From Deltaproteobacteria bacterium (GTDB taxonomy: Bacteria; Myxococcota_A; UBA9160; SMWR01): DNA of 51,909 nucleotides. Below, one piece after another: positions 1 to 10,286 of the stretch. The translations under genes and the position numbers were made by a program. The stretch's first letter is position 1. Every line of letters begins with the position of its first letter. The stretch covers positions 1 to 51,909 of the forward strand of contig JAQBHB010000112.1 in the NCBI GenBank assembly GCA_032128115.1, written 5' to 3'. The notes beneath the pieces are model-generated. The model did no database searches, had not been told where the DNA came from, and saw only the letters and a list, made by a program, of their open reading frames with translations.

Positions 1-210
1 TACTGGGTCATCGAGCTCGACCCGGAGTACCAATACGCGGTCGTTGGCCACCCCTCGCGGAACTACCTGTGGATCCTCGCCCGAACCCGGGCGCTGGATC
101 CGGGGGTCTACGAAACGCTTCTCGCGCGTATCGACTTGCAGGGCTACGACCTCGAGCGGCTGAACCGAACGCCCCAGCCACCGGTTCGAGTCCGCTCGTC
201 GGCTCGATAA
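1..210 (+). CDS. Lipocalin (Blc-like), 3' part only, truncated by window edge
   Basis: Frame +1 reads YWVIELDPEYQYAVVGHPSRNYLWILART...QGYDLERLNRTPQ, the typical bacterial lipocalin C-terminus; stop TAA at 208-210; not in the ORF track. Confidence 0.85.
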   Translation, partial: YWVIELDPEYQYAVVGHPSRNYLWILARTRALDPGVYETLLARIDLQGYDLERLNRTPQPPVRVRSSAR

Positions 211-224
211 TTCCTCGCACCACC

Positions 225-1604
225 TTACGGATTGGCGCTGGCGATCCGCTTTCGGATCTCGGCAGCCACGAGCCAGATCCGGTCGTTCCCCCACGTCGCG
301 AAGTCAGAAACCCCTTCCGGACCGCGAATGCGATAGCTCGGGACCCCCCAGATACCGAGCTCTTCGTACATGGTGACCCGGTTGCGCTCGAGTTCTTCGC
401 GCCAGTCTTCGTTGTCGAGGGTGCGCAGGGCTTCGGTCCACGAGAGCTCCGCGCGCTCGACGATCTTTCGCAAGCCCGCGTCGCGGCTGGTGTCGATGGC
501 TTCGGCGAAGGCGCCGCGCAGAAACGATCCGAGGAGATCGGCGCCCCTTCCCTGCTGCTGGGCCCACGGGAAGAGCGAGAAGGCGCGCTCGACCGGCCGG
601 CCGATCGGGTCGACGAATTTCCCGAAGGGGACGCCTGCGAACTCGGCTTCGCGCTGGGCGTCGGTAAAGATGTATCTGCCCTTGGCGAAGGTGATGGGGG
701 CGCCGCGCATGACCATGGGCATCACCGGGCGAAGCACCAGGCGCACCCCCGCGCGCTCGGCGAGTGCAAGCGTGGGGGCGAAGGCGATGGCGGTGTAGGG
801 GCTACGGAGCGAGGGGAAGAATTCGAGCGTGATGCGGCCGGTGTCGCGGACGGGCCCCGGGTCGGTGGGCGGCCGCGGGACCACGGGGCGCTCGACGCCC
901 GCGCGCCCGGCGCCAAGCGATTCGAGTCGCCGCTCCAGGTGGTGGAGGCGGTCGACGCCCCAATACCACTCGCCGGCGTAGAAGAACATGCCGCCCGAGT
1001 AGTGGCCGAGCAGCTTGCGGCGCTCGCTTCCGGCCACCACCTGTTTCTGCGCAAAGTTCTCGTCCACGGTGGCCCAGCGGTGCGCGAGCGCGGCGAGCCC
1101 GTCCTTGTCGCCCGACCACAGGGCCTCGCCCACGGCGCAGGCGCGTTCGCCGAAGGGATCGGTGCCCACCCCCGCGAGGATGCGCTGCGCGAGTTGCACC
1201 GGGTCGGGCGCGGGTGCGGCGGCGTCTCGCGGGAAGGTGAGCCCGTAGTGGGGTGCCACGTCGGCGGCGTCCTTGCGCGCGTAGGCCGCCAGAAGCGCCG
1301 GCTCGGGCGCGTTCGCCGCGTCGGCGGGGCCCACCAGGTGCGGCACGATCTCGATCGCGTAGGCCGCAGCCACGCGCGCGAGCGCCTGCACCGCGAGATG
1401 GCTGTAGGGGTCGTCGACCTGGTGGAAGTACTCCACCCGGTGCGGGGCACCAGCCCGCTGGCGCTTGCGCTCGGCCCGCCGGCGGGCGGCCTCGCGGCGC
1501 CCGGGGTCGGCGAGGGTCTGCATCACGAGGGAAATCAGGCGCCGCTCGGGCCAGCTCGGGTTCGCGCGGCTCGCGAGGGGGGCGCGGGGCTTCGGGTCGG
1601 TCAT
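225..1604 (-). CDS. DsbA/2-hydroxychromene-2-carboxylate isomerase family protein with two tandem domains
   Basis: Motifs EYFHQVDDPYS and EFFPSLRSPYT, YWGVDRL, GIWGVPSY, WGNDRI; ATG 1604 preceded by GGGAG. Confidence 0.8.
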   Translation of the reverse strand: MTDPKPRAPLASRANPSWPERRLISLVMQTLADPGRREAARRRAERKRQRAGAPHRVEYFHQVDDPYSHLAVQALARVAAAYAIEIVPHLVGPADAANAPEPALLAAYARKDAADVAPHYGLTFPRDAAAPAPDPVQLAQRILAGVGTDPFGERACAVGEALWSGDKDGLAALAHRWATVDENFAQKQVVAGSERRKLLGHYSGGMFFYAGEWYWGVDRLHHLERRLESLGAGRAGVERPVVPRPPTDPGPVRDTGRITLEFFPSLRSPYTAIAFAPTLALAERAGVRLVLRPVMPMVMRGAPITFAKGRYIFTDAQREAEFAGVPFGKFVDPIGRPVERAFSLFPWAQQQGRGADLLGSFLRGAFAEAIDTSRDAGLRKIVERAELSWTEALRTLDNEDWREELERNRVTMYEELGIWGVPSYRIRGPEGVSDFATWGNDRIWLVAAEIRKRIASANP

Positions 1605-1674
1605 GCTCCCGCCTTGTAGCCCACGAGCATTCGGGCGGCGAACTCCCGGATCGAACGAGTCAGGGCGGGAAGGC

Positions 1675-1711
1675 ACAGGCGACGCCGGCCTCCCCGACCG
1701 GCGTCGCCTGT
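1675..1711. terminator. GC-rich stem-loop downstream of groEL (terminator or mRNA-stabilising hairpin)
   Basis: ACAGGCGACGCCGG-9 nt-CCGGCGTCGCCTGT, perfect 14-bp stem; no clear U-tract. Confidence 0.6.
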
Positions 1712-1726
1712 CTGGAACGGACGTCG

Positions 1727-3394
<1,668 letters not shown>

Positions 3395-3406
3395 GTTTTT
3401 GGTCTC

Positions 3407-3694
3407 CTAGTTCAGGACCGCGAGAACATCTTCTTCGCGGATGATGAGGTGCTCTACGCCCTCGAGTTCGATCTCCGAGCCGGAATACTTTCCGATCAGG
3501 ACCCGGTCTCCCTTGTGGACGTCCAGCGGATGGACTTTCCCTTCGTCGTCGACTCTTCCGTTCCCCACCGCGATCACCACGCCCTCCTGGGGCTTCTCCT
3601 TGGCGGTGTCGGGGATCAGGATCCCCCCCTTGCTCTTGGTCTCTTCCTCGATGCGCTTGACCAGAATCCGGTCGTGTAGCGGCCTCACCTTCAT
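3407..3694 (-). CDS. groES: Co-chaperonin GroES
   Basis: [14 protein letters not shown]...[19 protein letters not shown] 3694 with GAAGGAG RBS. Confidence 0.98.
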   Translation of the reverse strand: MKVRPLHDRILVKRIEEETKSKGGILIPDTAKEKPQEGVVIAVGNGRVDDEGKVHPLDVHKGDRVLIGKYSGSEIELEGVEHLIIREEDVLAVLN

Positions 3695-3751
3695 GGCTCG
3701 ACTCTCCTTCGGGTAGCCGCCGCGCGGGCAGGTCCGCACGGCGGCCGAGGT

Positions 3752-3779
3752 GGTATAAGCACCGACGGGGGGATGTCAA
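3752..3779 (-). promoter_or_regulatory. Putative sigma70-type promoter of groESL
   Basis: Minus strand TTGACA-16 nt-TATACC, about 57 bp upstream of groES. Confidence 0.5.
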
Positions 3780-3900
3780 ACCAGCCCCTGCCGGGCGGCT
3801 CTCCAGGGACTTCCGAAACCTGAACGTTTTCAATGGATTGGGGGGAGAACCGGGCACGGGTCGGGAGATCAACCCCCCGAGCGATTCGCAGTCGGGAGGC

Positions 3901-5436
3901 CTAGTCCGCCAATGATGCCGGGGCCTGCACCAGATCCTTCGAGCGGTCGCTCACGATGCCGAATTGCTCCAGGATCTGCGGGTTGGCGGCGGTCGCCTGG
4001 TCGCGCCGGAACGCCAAGACCTCACCCTGCTCGGTCTCGATCGTGACGAAGGGGCCGACCGCAGCGTCGAGGGCGTCGGACAGGTGGCGAAGGTCCCGAA
4101 CACGTTCGCCGTTGACGGATTGGATGACGCGATCTTCCAGATCTCTGTAGCTTCGGGTCAGCTCGCTGCGGAGCACGTTCGAGAGGACGACGATTTCGCG
4201 GCGGCCCCCGGCGCCCGGGCCCGAGCCCCGCATCTCGTATTCCGCCCGCGCCGGATCTCGCCAGTACGCCTCGAGATGACTCGGAGCGTCATCGAATGCG
4301 CCGAGATAGCGAACCGTGAGTCGCTGGAAGACGAGGCCGCCGTAGATCCGGAAGGAAAGCTCGCGGTCGTAATCGCCCATGGGGACCAGGGGTGTGGGCT
4401 CGCGCATGACGATCGAGGTCGAGTGGCGTGTTCCGTCGCGATGGAAGACCAGATCGATCGATTCGCCCACCTGCGCCCGATGTTCGACGGCGGTCGCATC
4501 GATCCGGAGATCATCGGCGAGCTCCACCCTGTTGTCTTCTCCAACCGCAACGCCATCGATCTCCAGAAGCACATCGCCGGGGCGGAGCTTCCCGTGCGCG
4601 GAGCCGGAGCGCGAGACGGCGGTGACCAGAACACCGCCCTCGATGTCGGCGACCCCCAGGGCCTCGCGCAATGCGGGATTCGAGAGATCCTGGACGAAGA
4701 CGTCGAGTTCGGGAAATCCGTCGAATCTTCCGTCTTCCACGTCATCCAGGAAGTGCTGGATGATAGGCGGGGGGACGATGTATCCGATGTTCTCGGCGTC
4801 GCTGGCTCCCTGGATCGCGATGCCAACCAGGCGACCGTCCGCAATGGCCGGGCTCCCGCTGTTGCCGGGATTCAGGGCGGCATCCACCTGCACAAGCAGG
4901 AGTTGCCGGCCGGATTGCGTGTACCACTCAACACCGACCCTGGAGACGATTCCCGAGGTCACGGAGAGCCCTTCCCCGCCGATCGGGAAGCCCTGCACCT
5001 CGATCTTCTCCTGCAGGCCGGGAAGGCGGCCAATCTTCAGGGGCACGGCGCCGGCGAAGAAGCTGGGATCGGCGACGGACAGGATCGCAAGATCACAGGT
5101 ATGGCAGGCGTACTCGACGCGCGCGGTGTAGCGCTTGCCGAGGCCGCTGCGTTGCACCTCGATCATGACGGCGTCGGCAATCACGTGGGACGCCGTGAGC
5201 ACCCGATTGCCCTCGATGATCACGCCGGAACCGCCGCTTTCTTCGGGGCCGAGGCGACGCCAGGGGGCCGCCGGGTCCGGCGGATTCGAGCTGGCGTGGA
5301 TCTTGACCAGGCTGCGGCGGACGGAATCGGCGGCTTGCGCCGGAGCACCGCTCGCCAGGCTGACGAGGGCGAGGCCGAGCAACAGGCAGGCAGCAGCGGT
5401 GCTCGCTCGATGGATCGCGTGGATTCCCGCAGGCAT
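3901..5436 (-). CDS. Secreted HtrA/Deg-type trypsin-like serine protease with PDZ domains (copy 1)
   Basis: Signal peptide; TASHVI, CDLAIL and NPGNSG triad motifs; PDZ LRPGDVLLEIDG; Deg2-like second PDZ (YGGLVFQRL). Confidence 0.92.
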   Translation of the reverse strand: MPAGIHAIHRASTAAACLLLGLALVSLASGAPAQAADSVRRSLVKIHASSNPPDPAAPWRRLGPEESGGSGVIIEGNRVLTASHVIADAVMIEVQRSGLGKRYTARVEYACHTCDLAILSVADPSFFAGAVPLKIGRLPGLQEKIEVQGFPIGGEGLSVTSGIVSRVGVEWYTQSGRQLLLVQVDAALNPGNSGSPAIADGRLVGIAIQGASDAENIGYIVPPPIIQHFLDDVEDGRFDGFPELDVFVQDLSNPALREALGVADIEGGVLVTAVSRSGSAHGKLRPGDVLLEIDGVAVGEDNRVELADDLRIDATAVEHRAQVGESIDLVFHRDGTRHSTSIVMREPTPLVPMGDYDRELSFRIYGGLVFQRLTVRYLGAFDDAPSHLEAYWRDPARAEYEMRGSGPGAGGRREIVVLSNVLRSELTRSYRDLEDRVIQSVNGERVRDLRHLSDALDAAVGPFVTIETEQGEVLAFRRDQATAANPQILEQFGIVSDRSKDLVQAPASLAD

Positions 5437-5633
5437 GATGCCCTCCGTTCACTCTGGGGTGTGGGCGCCACCGGCGCCGCTTCCGCAGCACGTTAGCCGC
5501 GGTCGGGACGACCGGCGGCCTCCGGGCACCGGGTCGTCCGCTCGCCAGCCCGCCGTTCGGCCCAGCAGATGCCCACCGCTCGATTTGTGGCCCTTGGGGA
5601 GCAAGCGCGGCGACCATCGAAGCCTTTGCGGCA

Positions 5634-5722
5634 TCATGGAGACCGCAAGTCCACGCTACGCCGGACGCTCCAGGAGCTCCTCGAGGGCGGAGAGGGTCTT
5701 CTGGGGAAACCGATCGAGGGGG
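5634..5722. repeat. Repeat A copy 1 (3' end of the NTase gene plus flank); diverged copy at about 10349-10436
   Basis: TCATGGAGACCgcaAGTCCACGCTACGCCGGACGCT..AGGAG.TCCTC.AGGGCG shared between the two loci. Confidence 0.85.
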
Positions 5723-6183
5723 TAATACTTCGCGATCACCTCGAGTGCGTCTACGTAGTTCTGCAGGCCGATGTGCCGCAGCAGGTAGCGAATGTCGTCC
5801 AGGTCCTGGAACTCCTCGCCGATTCTCATCGCCAGGCACTTCATCGCCAACAGGTACTTTGCATCGGCGCAGAACACCTTGAGGTGGCTCAATTCCAGGT
5901 GCTTGGTGAACGACCCGCGTGGGCTCAGATAGCCTTTGACGGCGTCGCTCAGCCAGTTCTCGTTCACTCCGCACTCGACGGCCACCCTGGCGGCAGCCTC
6001 TCGGATCTTCTTCGTCGGTTCGAAGTAGGCGTCGACATCTTTCGTCGACTCCCGGGCACCGAACACCAGGCACATGATGGCACCGCCGACGAGATAGATC
6101 TCCCCGTCCACCGCCGCCGATCGCAACTCTTCGTTGAGGAGCCTTAGAAGCCGCTCGATATCCTGTCGCGACAGGTCGGACAC
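5656..6183 (-). CDS. Nucleotidyltransferase (DUF6036/AbiEii-like), putative toxin
   Basis: IYLVGGAIM...RESTKDVDA, YLLAMKCLAMR, DLDDI motifs. Confidence 0.8.
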   Translation of the reverse strand: MSDLSRQDIERLLRLLNEELRSAAVDGEIYLVGGAIMCLVFGARESTKDVDAYFEPTKKIREAAARVAVECGVNENWLSDAVKGYLSPRGSFTKHLELSHLKVFCADAKYLLAMKCLAMRIGEEFQDLDDIRYLLRHIGLQNYVDALEVIAKYYPLDRFPQKTLSALEELLERPA

Positions 6184-6184
6184 G

Positions 6185-6682
6185 CTAGACCCGATCTCCG
6201 ATGCTGGAATCGATGAAAATGTTGCGGCGGCGAAACGCGACGGGAGAGTGCGTGAGGAGATACAGCCTGAGGCTCTTCAGGGCAGATCCGAAGACTGGCT
6301 CTTCCAGGGGCTGCACGTTCTCAGCCCACAAGGGAGCTTCCGTGTTCTTGAGAGCCGCAGCCTGCTCGATCATCGCGGCCAGGTAGTTCTCCCAGTAGGG
6401 ATCGAGGTGCACCTGCGGAGGTTCCGCCACAGCCAGCTCGAACTCCCCGGCTGAAAGCGGGGTCAGCAGATCGTTCAGCTCGGCCAGGACGTAGCCAGGC
6501 TTCCGAGAGATGGACAATGCCTTGAGCAGGTCGTGGAAGGTCTCCCGCAGCGGAGGGAGGGCCCTGCCCAACACCCAGTCGGACATGCTCATCCCCGCCC
6601 GCTTGGCGTGCCTCCGGAGCGCAGCCTTCTGGGCGCCGGAGACCCGGATCTGAAGCTGACTGCTCTTGGCGTTGTTCTGCAT
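6185..6682 (-). CDS. Putative cognate antitoxin with N-terminal ribbon-helix-helix
   Basis: QLQIRVSGAQKAALRRHAKRAGMSMSDWVL (RHH/DUF1778-like); C-terminal SPVAFRRRNIFID; abuts the NTase gene. Confidence 0.65.
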   Translation of the reverse strand: MQNNAKSSQLQIRVSGAQKAALRRHAKRAGMSMSDWVLGRALPPLRETFHDLLKALSISRKPGYVLAELNDLLTPLSAGEFELAVAEPPQVHLDPYWENYLAAMIEQAAALKNTEAPLWAENVQPLEEPVFGSALKSLRLYLLTHSPVAFRRRNIFIDSSIGDRV

Positions 6683-6689
6683 GGGACAG

Positions 6690-6734
6690 AGTCTAGATCG
6701 GTACGGATCAATGTCAATACGTCTGTATTGACAT
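6690..6734 (-). promoter_or_regulatory. Promoter plus palindromic operator of the antitoxin-NTase pair
   Basis: Perfect inverted repeat ATGTCAATAC-GTCT-GTATTGACAT (6711-6734) containing TTGACA; TAGACT 16 nt downstream, then 7 nt to ATG 6682. Confidence 0.7.
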
Positions 6735-6830
6735 AAACACGTAGACTCTCTCCGAGCCTGGGCCGACGCCCGCACCGGTCCGAGCCAACTGGATTGAGAT
6801 CCAGTTCGGGGGGTCCGGGGAACCCGGGGC

Positions 6831-6975
6831 TCAGAGCGCCTCTGTTCCCTCGTTCAGGGTGGCGAGATAGCCGTCGTAGGCGAAGAGCCGGTTCCAGCGC
6901 TTGCCGGTCAAATCGCGCGCGATACCGAGGCCGGCGAGCAAATCCATCCCGGAAGACGCTGCAGGGAAGGAGAGC
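6831..6975 (-). pseudogene. Fic-family protein C-terminal fragment
   Basis: Translates LSFPAASSGMDLLAGLGIARDLTGKRWNRLFAYDGYLATLNEGTEAL*, resembling the C-terminal HTH tail of Fic proteins; no upstream Fic domain. Confidence 0.7.
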
Positions 6976-6999
6976 CACTTGGCGTCGGATGCCGCCAGG

Positions 7000-7139
7000 C
7001 TTCAAGGGATATCGGTCTCGATCGCCAGGGCGTGGGTCGTGAAGAGGCGGTCGTTGAGGACGGGATTGATCTCGAGCTTCGTCACGACCACGTCGGTCTG
7101 GGTTCCCAATAGGACGTTTTCGACGAGAATCCGCGTGGG
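7000..7139 (-). repeat. Repeat B copy 1: duplicated 3' end of the LolA-like gene (original 10480-10619)
   Basis: 140-bp ungapped match with about 6 mismatches, including the stop codon. Confidence 0.95.
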
Positions 7140-7140
7140 T

Positions 7141-7207
7141 TTAGGCCGAGGAACCCAGTTCCACCCGCGATGACGACTCGGCCTGTGGGCTTGGCTGTGT
7201 CCGTCAC
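7141..7207 (-). pseudogene. Truncated cassette gene: N-terminus of an NAD(P)-binding epimerase-like protein
   Basis: GTG start just after the attC; MTDTAKPTGRVVIAGGTGFLG (Rossmann GxxGxxG), cut off by repeat B. Confidence 0.65.
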
Positions 7208-7233
7208 TCCATCACCTCACCCCGCTCACCGCC

Positions 7234-7367
7234 GCCCAACGGACCGGGCGCTCAGCTGCCGGGCCCACAACCGATGGTCGCCCGAAACGCCCAAGTTTCA
7301 ATGCCACACACTACCAAAGGTCGATTGGAACGTGCTGTGGCCGGTCAGCTACAGCGCCTTGTTGGGC
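7234..7367 (-). repeat. attC site 1
   Basis: Minus strand GCCCAAC-aaggcg-CTGTAGCTGAC...GCAGCTGAGCG-cccggtcc-GTTGGGC; RYYYAAC/GTTRRRY ends, complementary inner boxes. Confidence 0.88.
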
Positions 7368-7415
7368 GGCGGGCCAAAGTCTCGCTCACCGAGCGCGATC
7401 GGGAGCTACCGCCAC

Positions 7416-8228
7416 TTAGGGTCTGGCTCCCGTGAGAAGAACAGCTGGGAAGGGTACGAAGTAGCGGCCATCGCGTTTGTACTGTTCCGCGCTGGACTCG
7501 ACCTCGGACCGAAAGGCTCTCAACAGGTCATCGGAGACGTCGCCGAAGTCTCTAAGAGTCGCCAGCGCATCGAACAATTCGTCTGGTGATGCAAGCTCCC
7601 AGACGATGGGAAGGCTTTCGACAGCGGGATCTGCGAACCCTGCCTCTGCGAGAATCGCCCGCAGCACATCGCGGTCGGATACGCCAAAGAGAGGCGGATC
7701 GCCACCGAGGACGGGCTCTTCCGGAACGAATCTCTCCATAGGTGAGTAGAACAAGTCGAATCCCGGAACCGGCCAATCCCATACGGTGCAGGCGAATCTC
7801 CCACCGGGTGCGAGGACCCGATGAGCTTCGAGCAGGGCCTTGTCGGGTTCGGCCATCATGAACAGGGCAAACCCCATCACGACAGCATCGAAGTCATTGT
7901 CGTCAAAGGGCAAGTCGGCGGCATCCGCGACCCTGAAGTCGATGCTTGGATACTTCTCTTGGGCGACAGCAATCATGTTCTCGGCGAAGTCTATGCCCTT
8001 CGCGGTCGCGCCTCGTTGCAACGCTGCCGCCGCGATGATCCCGGGGCCGGTAGCAACGTCGAGTACGCGAGAACCGGCAACGATTCCGGCAGCGTCGAGC
8101 ATGGGCTCTATGGCTTGATTGACGCAGCCCCTGAACACGTCTGCGTAGGCCGCTGCGCTTCGATTCCAGAGTGGCCTCTGCAGGTCGCTCACCAGCGTCG
8201 GGTCTGCCGACTTCAGTCGCACAGGCAT
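7416..8228 (-). CDS. Class I SAM-dependent methyltransferase (cassette gene)
   Basis: VLDVATGPG motif I, ADAADLPFDDNDFDAV, RVLAPGG; AAGGAG RBS before ATG 8228. Confidence 0.9.
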   Translation of the reverse strand: MPVRLKSADPTLVSDLQRPLWNRSAAAYADVFRGCVNQAIEPMLDAAGIVAGSRVLDVATGPGIIAAAALQRGATAKGIDFAENMIAVAQEKYPSIDFRVADAADLPFDDNDFDAVVMGFALFMMAEPDKALLEAHRVLAPGGRFACTVWDWPVPGFDLFYSPMERFVPEEPVLGGDPPLFGVSDRDVLRAILAEAGFADPAVESLPIVWELASPDELFDALATLRDFGDVSDDLLRAFRSEVESSAEQYKRDGRYFVPFPAVLLTGARP

Positions 8229-8288
8229 GAGTTCGCTCCTTTGGCCGATTCCCTCAGTGTGGAGTGCCCAAGCGCGGTCTCCCCCGCC

Positions 8289-8418
8289 GCCCAACGGATC
8301 GGCCGTTGAGCTGCGAGCGGCGACCTGCCACATCGGCTGGAACGGCTGACACACCCAGACTGTACCCCACCCCGACTAGGCGAAAGCTCAGCTCGTCAGC
8401 TCCAACGGCTTGTTGGGC
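8289..8418 (-). repeat. attC site 2
   Basis: Minus strand GCCCAAC-aagccg-TTGGAGCTGAC...GCAGCTCAACG-gccgatcc-GTTGGGC. Confidence 0.88.
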
Positions 8419-8426
8419 GGCGGCGG

Positions 8427-8981
8427 TCACTGTAACAACACCCAATCAGGTCGGGCCACGATGATGATCGTGATCACTACGATCGCGGGTGCTGCTAGCG
8501 CGATCGTATGCTGTATCGCCGGTTTTGGTGACACCAACCCCGCGGCGAAGACGACGAGCAGCACCTGGAGCGTTCCTGGTTCGAAGGGAGAAAGGCCCAG
8601 GAATGCCCAGTTCGTAAAAAGGATCGCGGACGCGAGCAGAAACCCTGTGATGAAGAGAGGCAACCGGATTGCGTAGAAGTGGTCTCGCCAAGAATCGACG
8701 GCAGAGGGGTTCGGCGGTGCGAGTAGTGAAGTGAAAGTGTAGATCAGCGCCGTCGGAACTAGGCGAGCGATGAATGAAGGCAACGTCCACTCGAGTTCCC
8801 GGTATGACCAGAAACCCCAGAAGCTCACTAGACAGAACCCGATCGCTAGCGAGAGCCAGGAGAGGTGAACCCAGTACTGGCACCGCGGCCGAGCCGCGTA
8901 GGGCACCACGTTTAGTATGCGAACCACTGCGAAGGACAGGATTAGGACGTGCCCCGCAGCGAGATATTCGAAGAGCGTCAT
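8427..8981 (-). CDS. Hypothetical integral membrane protein (cassette gene)
   Basis: MTLFEYLAAGHVLILSFAVVRIL...YWVHLSW; about 6 hydrophobic segments; ATG 5 nt after the attC end. Confidence 0.75.
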   Translation of the reverse strand: MTLFEYLAAGHVLILSFAVVRILNVVPYAARPRCQYWVHLSWLSLAIGFCLVSFWGFWSYRELEWTLPSFIARLVPTALIYTFTSLLAPPNPSAVDSWRDHFYAIRLPLFITGFLLASAILFTNWAFLGLSPFEPGTLQVLLVVFAAGLVSPKPAIQHTIALAAPAIVVITIIIVARPDWVLLQ

Positions 8982-8986
8982 TTGCC

Positions 8987-9115
8987 GCCCAACGGATCGG
9001 CGCTCAGCTGCCGCCGACTTGACGGCACGATGGGCGCCTGGTTTGGGGCTCCATGATGCCACAGAAGACTGTTGGCCTGGAGCGAAAGGCGGTCAGCTGC
9101 AGCGGTTTGTTAGGC
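8987..9115 (-). repeat. attC site 3
   Basis: Minus strand GCCTAAC-aaaccg-CTGCAGCTGAC...GCAGCTGAGCG-ccgatcc-GTTGGGC. Confidence 0.9.
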
Positions 9116-9151
9116 GGCGGGCCCCGCTAGGATTGGAGCGCGATCTCACGA

Positions 9152-9544
9152 TTATTGCGGAAGAGAGGCGGTCTCGCTCGAAACCAGTTCAATCTTGTAG
9201 AGCTTTTCCTCGAACTTCGAACACCATGGAAGGTACAGCAACATCACTGCCGCTGGTGGAAAGACGACGATCGCCATCACGCGGTCTATCATGCACTGCT
9301 TGTCGGCAACGTAGGGAATGGTCAACGTGTGTGACTCGTAACCTGATGCACCTATCTCTACCGTCCGCGCGCCTCGCGCGAAGAGGGAGCGGCGCGACTC
9401 GATCACATGAGGAGAGCTGGTAGAGGAATATGCAGGGCCTGACGTAACGAGCGCGTTCAGAGGCCTCGTGAAGACCTTGGTGCTTGTGGTGCAGGCTTGG
9501 CACCCGATAGCGAGCCCCGCGAGAATCCACACGCCGTGTCGCAT
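9152..9544 (-). CDS. Hypothetical (lipo)protein (cassette gene)
   Basis: MRHGVWILAGLAIGCQAC signal-like N-terminus; ATG 8 nt after the GTTAGGC core; C-terminal hydrophobic helix. Confidence 0.65.
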   Translation of the reverse strand: MRHGVWILAGLAIGCQACTTSTKVFTRPLNALVTSGPAYSSTSSPHVIESRRSLFARGARTVEIGASGYESHTLTIPYVADKQCMIDRVMAIVVFPPAAVMLLYLPWCSKFEEKLYKIELVSSETASLPQ

Positions 9545-9558
9545 GTCTCGCCGCCTAA

Positions 9559-9708
9559 CGCCTGATCGAGAAGCACGGGATCGCACTGGCCCGGTGTCGT
9601 TGAGGGGCGCCCGCTTCAGCGGAGCGCAGATCTCCGTTCAAAACCCGCGCGAACACGGCGTGCGCCGGCCTCAACCCCTTCCCCGAGCGGCCGATTTCAG
9701 GGGCTCGG
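9559..9708 (+). repeat. Repeat C copy 1: duplicated 3' end and downstream flank of the enhancer-binding-protein gene (original 18762-18913)
   Basis: CGCCTGATCGAGAAGCACGGGATCGC...GATTTCAGG near-identical at both loci. Confidence 0.95.
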
Positions 9709-9711
9709 GTA

Positions 9712-10047
9712 TCAGGCGGCACGGCGAGCGCGCCGGGTAATCGCCTTGGCAACCTGGGAGCGCGTTGCGCCGAGCTCGAGTAGCGCCCTCACGAGCAGGT
9801 CAATCGAGACAGAAGCGTCAGCCGCCTCCATCTTGGCTATGCGCGATTGACTCGAGCTCAGACGCTTGGCAAGCTGAGTCTGGGTCAATCTCCGCGCCTG
9901 TCTACGCTTTCGGAGACTCTCGGCCAGGCTGAGTTTCATCTCGATCAGAGCGACCTCCTCCTTGGTCAGCCCCAGGAAATCAGCCGCGGTTCCAACTCGC
10001 CAGCCTGCGGCCTCGAGCTTCTGCTTCTTGCTCTTTCTCATCGCCAT
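9712..10047 (-). CDS. XRE/HTH antitoxin (HigA-like)
   Basis: KLEAAGWRVGTAADFLGL...LTQTQLAKRLSSSQSRIAKMEAADASVSIDLL; AGGAG RBS. Confidence 0.85.
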   Translation of the reverse strand: MAMRKSKKQKLEAAGWRVGTAADFLGLTKEEVALIEMKLSLAESLRKRRQARRLTQTQLAKRLSSSQSRIAKMEAADASVSIDLLVRALLELGATRSQVAKAITRRARRAA

Positions 10048-10051
10048 GTAG

Positions 10052-10249
10052 CTATCTCCTGGCAATCTCGAAGCACCGCTTCCCGACCCGCGGCATCGGG
10101 CGGGCTTGTGGCATTCCCAGGTTCTCACCCTTTTGCAGCCGTCGCAGCAGAAAGCCCGCCTCAATCCGAGCCTCCTTCGAAAACGGCGGTGTCAGCACCT
10201 CACCGGCTAGCCACACGAGGGGCTTGTCATTGGCCTTTGCTGCAGACAT
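10052..10249 (-). pseudogene. RelE/HigB-like (Gp49-type) toxin, C-terminally truncated (65 aa)
   Basis: DKPLVWLAGEVLTPPFSKEARIEAGFLLRRLQKGENLGMPQARPMP...RCFE, then stops; the ELRI...WRI.YR half is missing. Confidence 0.75.
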
Positions 10250-10286
10250 GATATATCATTTTCGACATATAGCCAATGAGAGGCGT

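Larger units (their letters stand above)
7141..9559 (-). mobile_element. Integron gene-cassette array without integrase in the window (CALIN)
   Basis: Three complete attC sites separating co-oriented ORFs with very short leaders, plus a leading GTTAGGC core site. Confidence 0.88.

Noticed and set aside
178..200. GGTTCGAGTCC, tRNA T-loop-like (similar motif near 18935)
   Set aside because: No cloverleaf; the first lies inside the lipocalin coding frame
5490..5562. GTTAGCC...GTTCGGC segment with an internal hairpin as a further attC
   Set aside because: Ends are not a complementary RYYYAAC/GTTRRRY pair; too degenerate to call
7234..9115. Repeated elements considered as a CRISPR array
   Set aside because: Units are about 130 bp, imperfect, and separated by whole genes; they fit attC, and no cas genes are present
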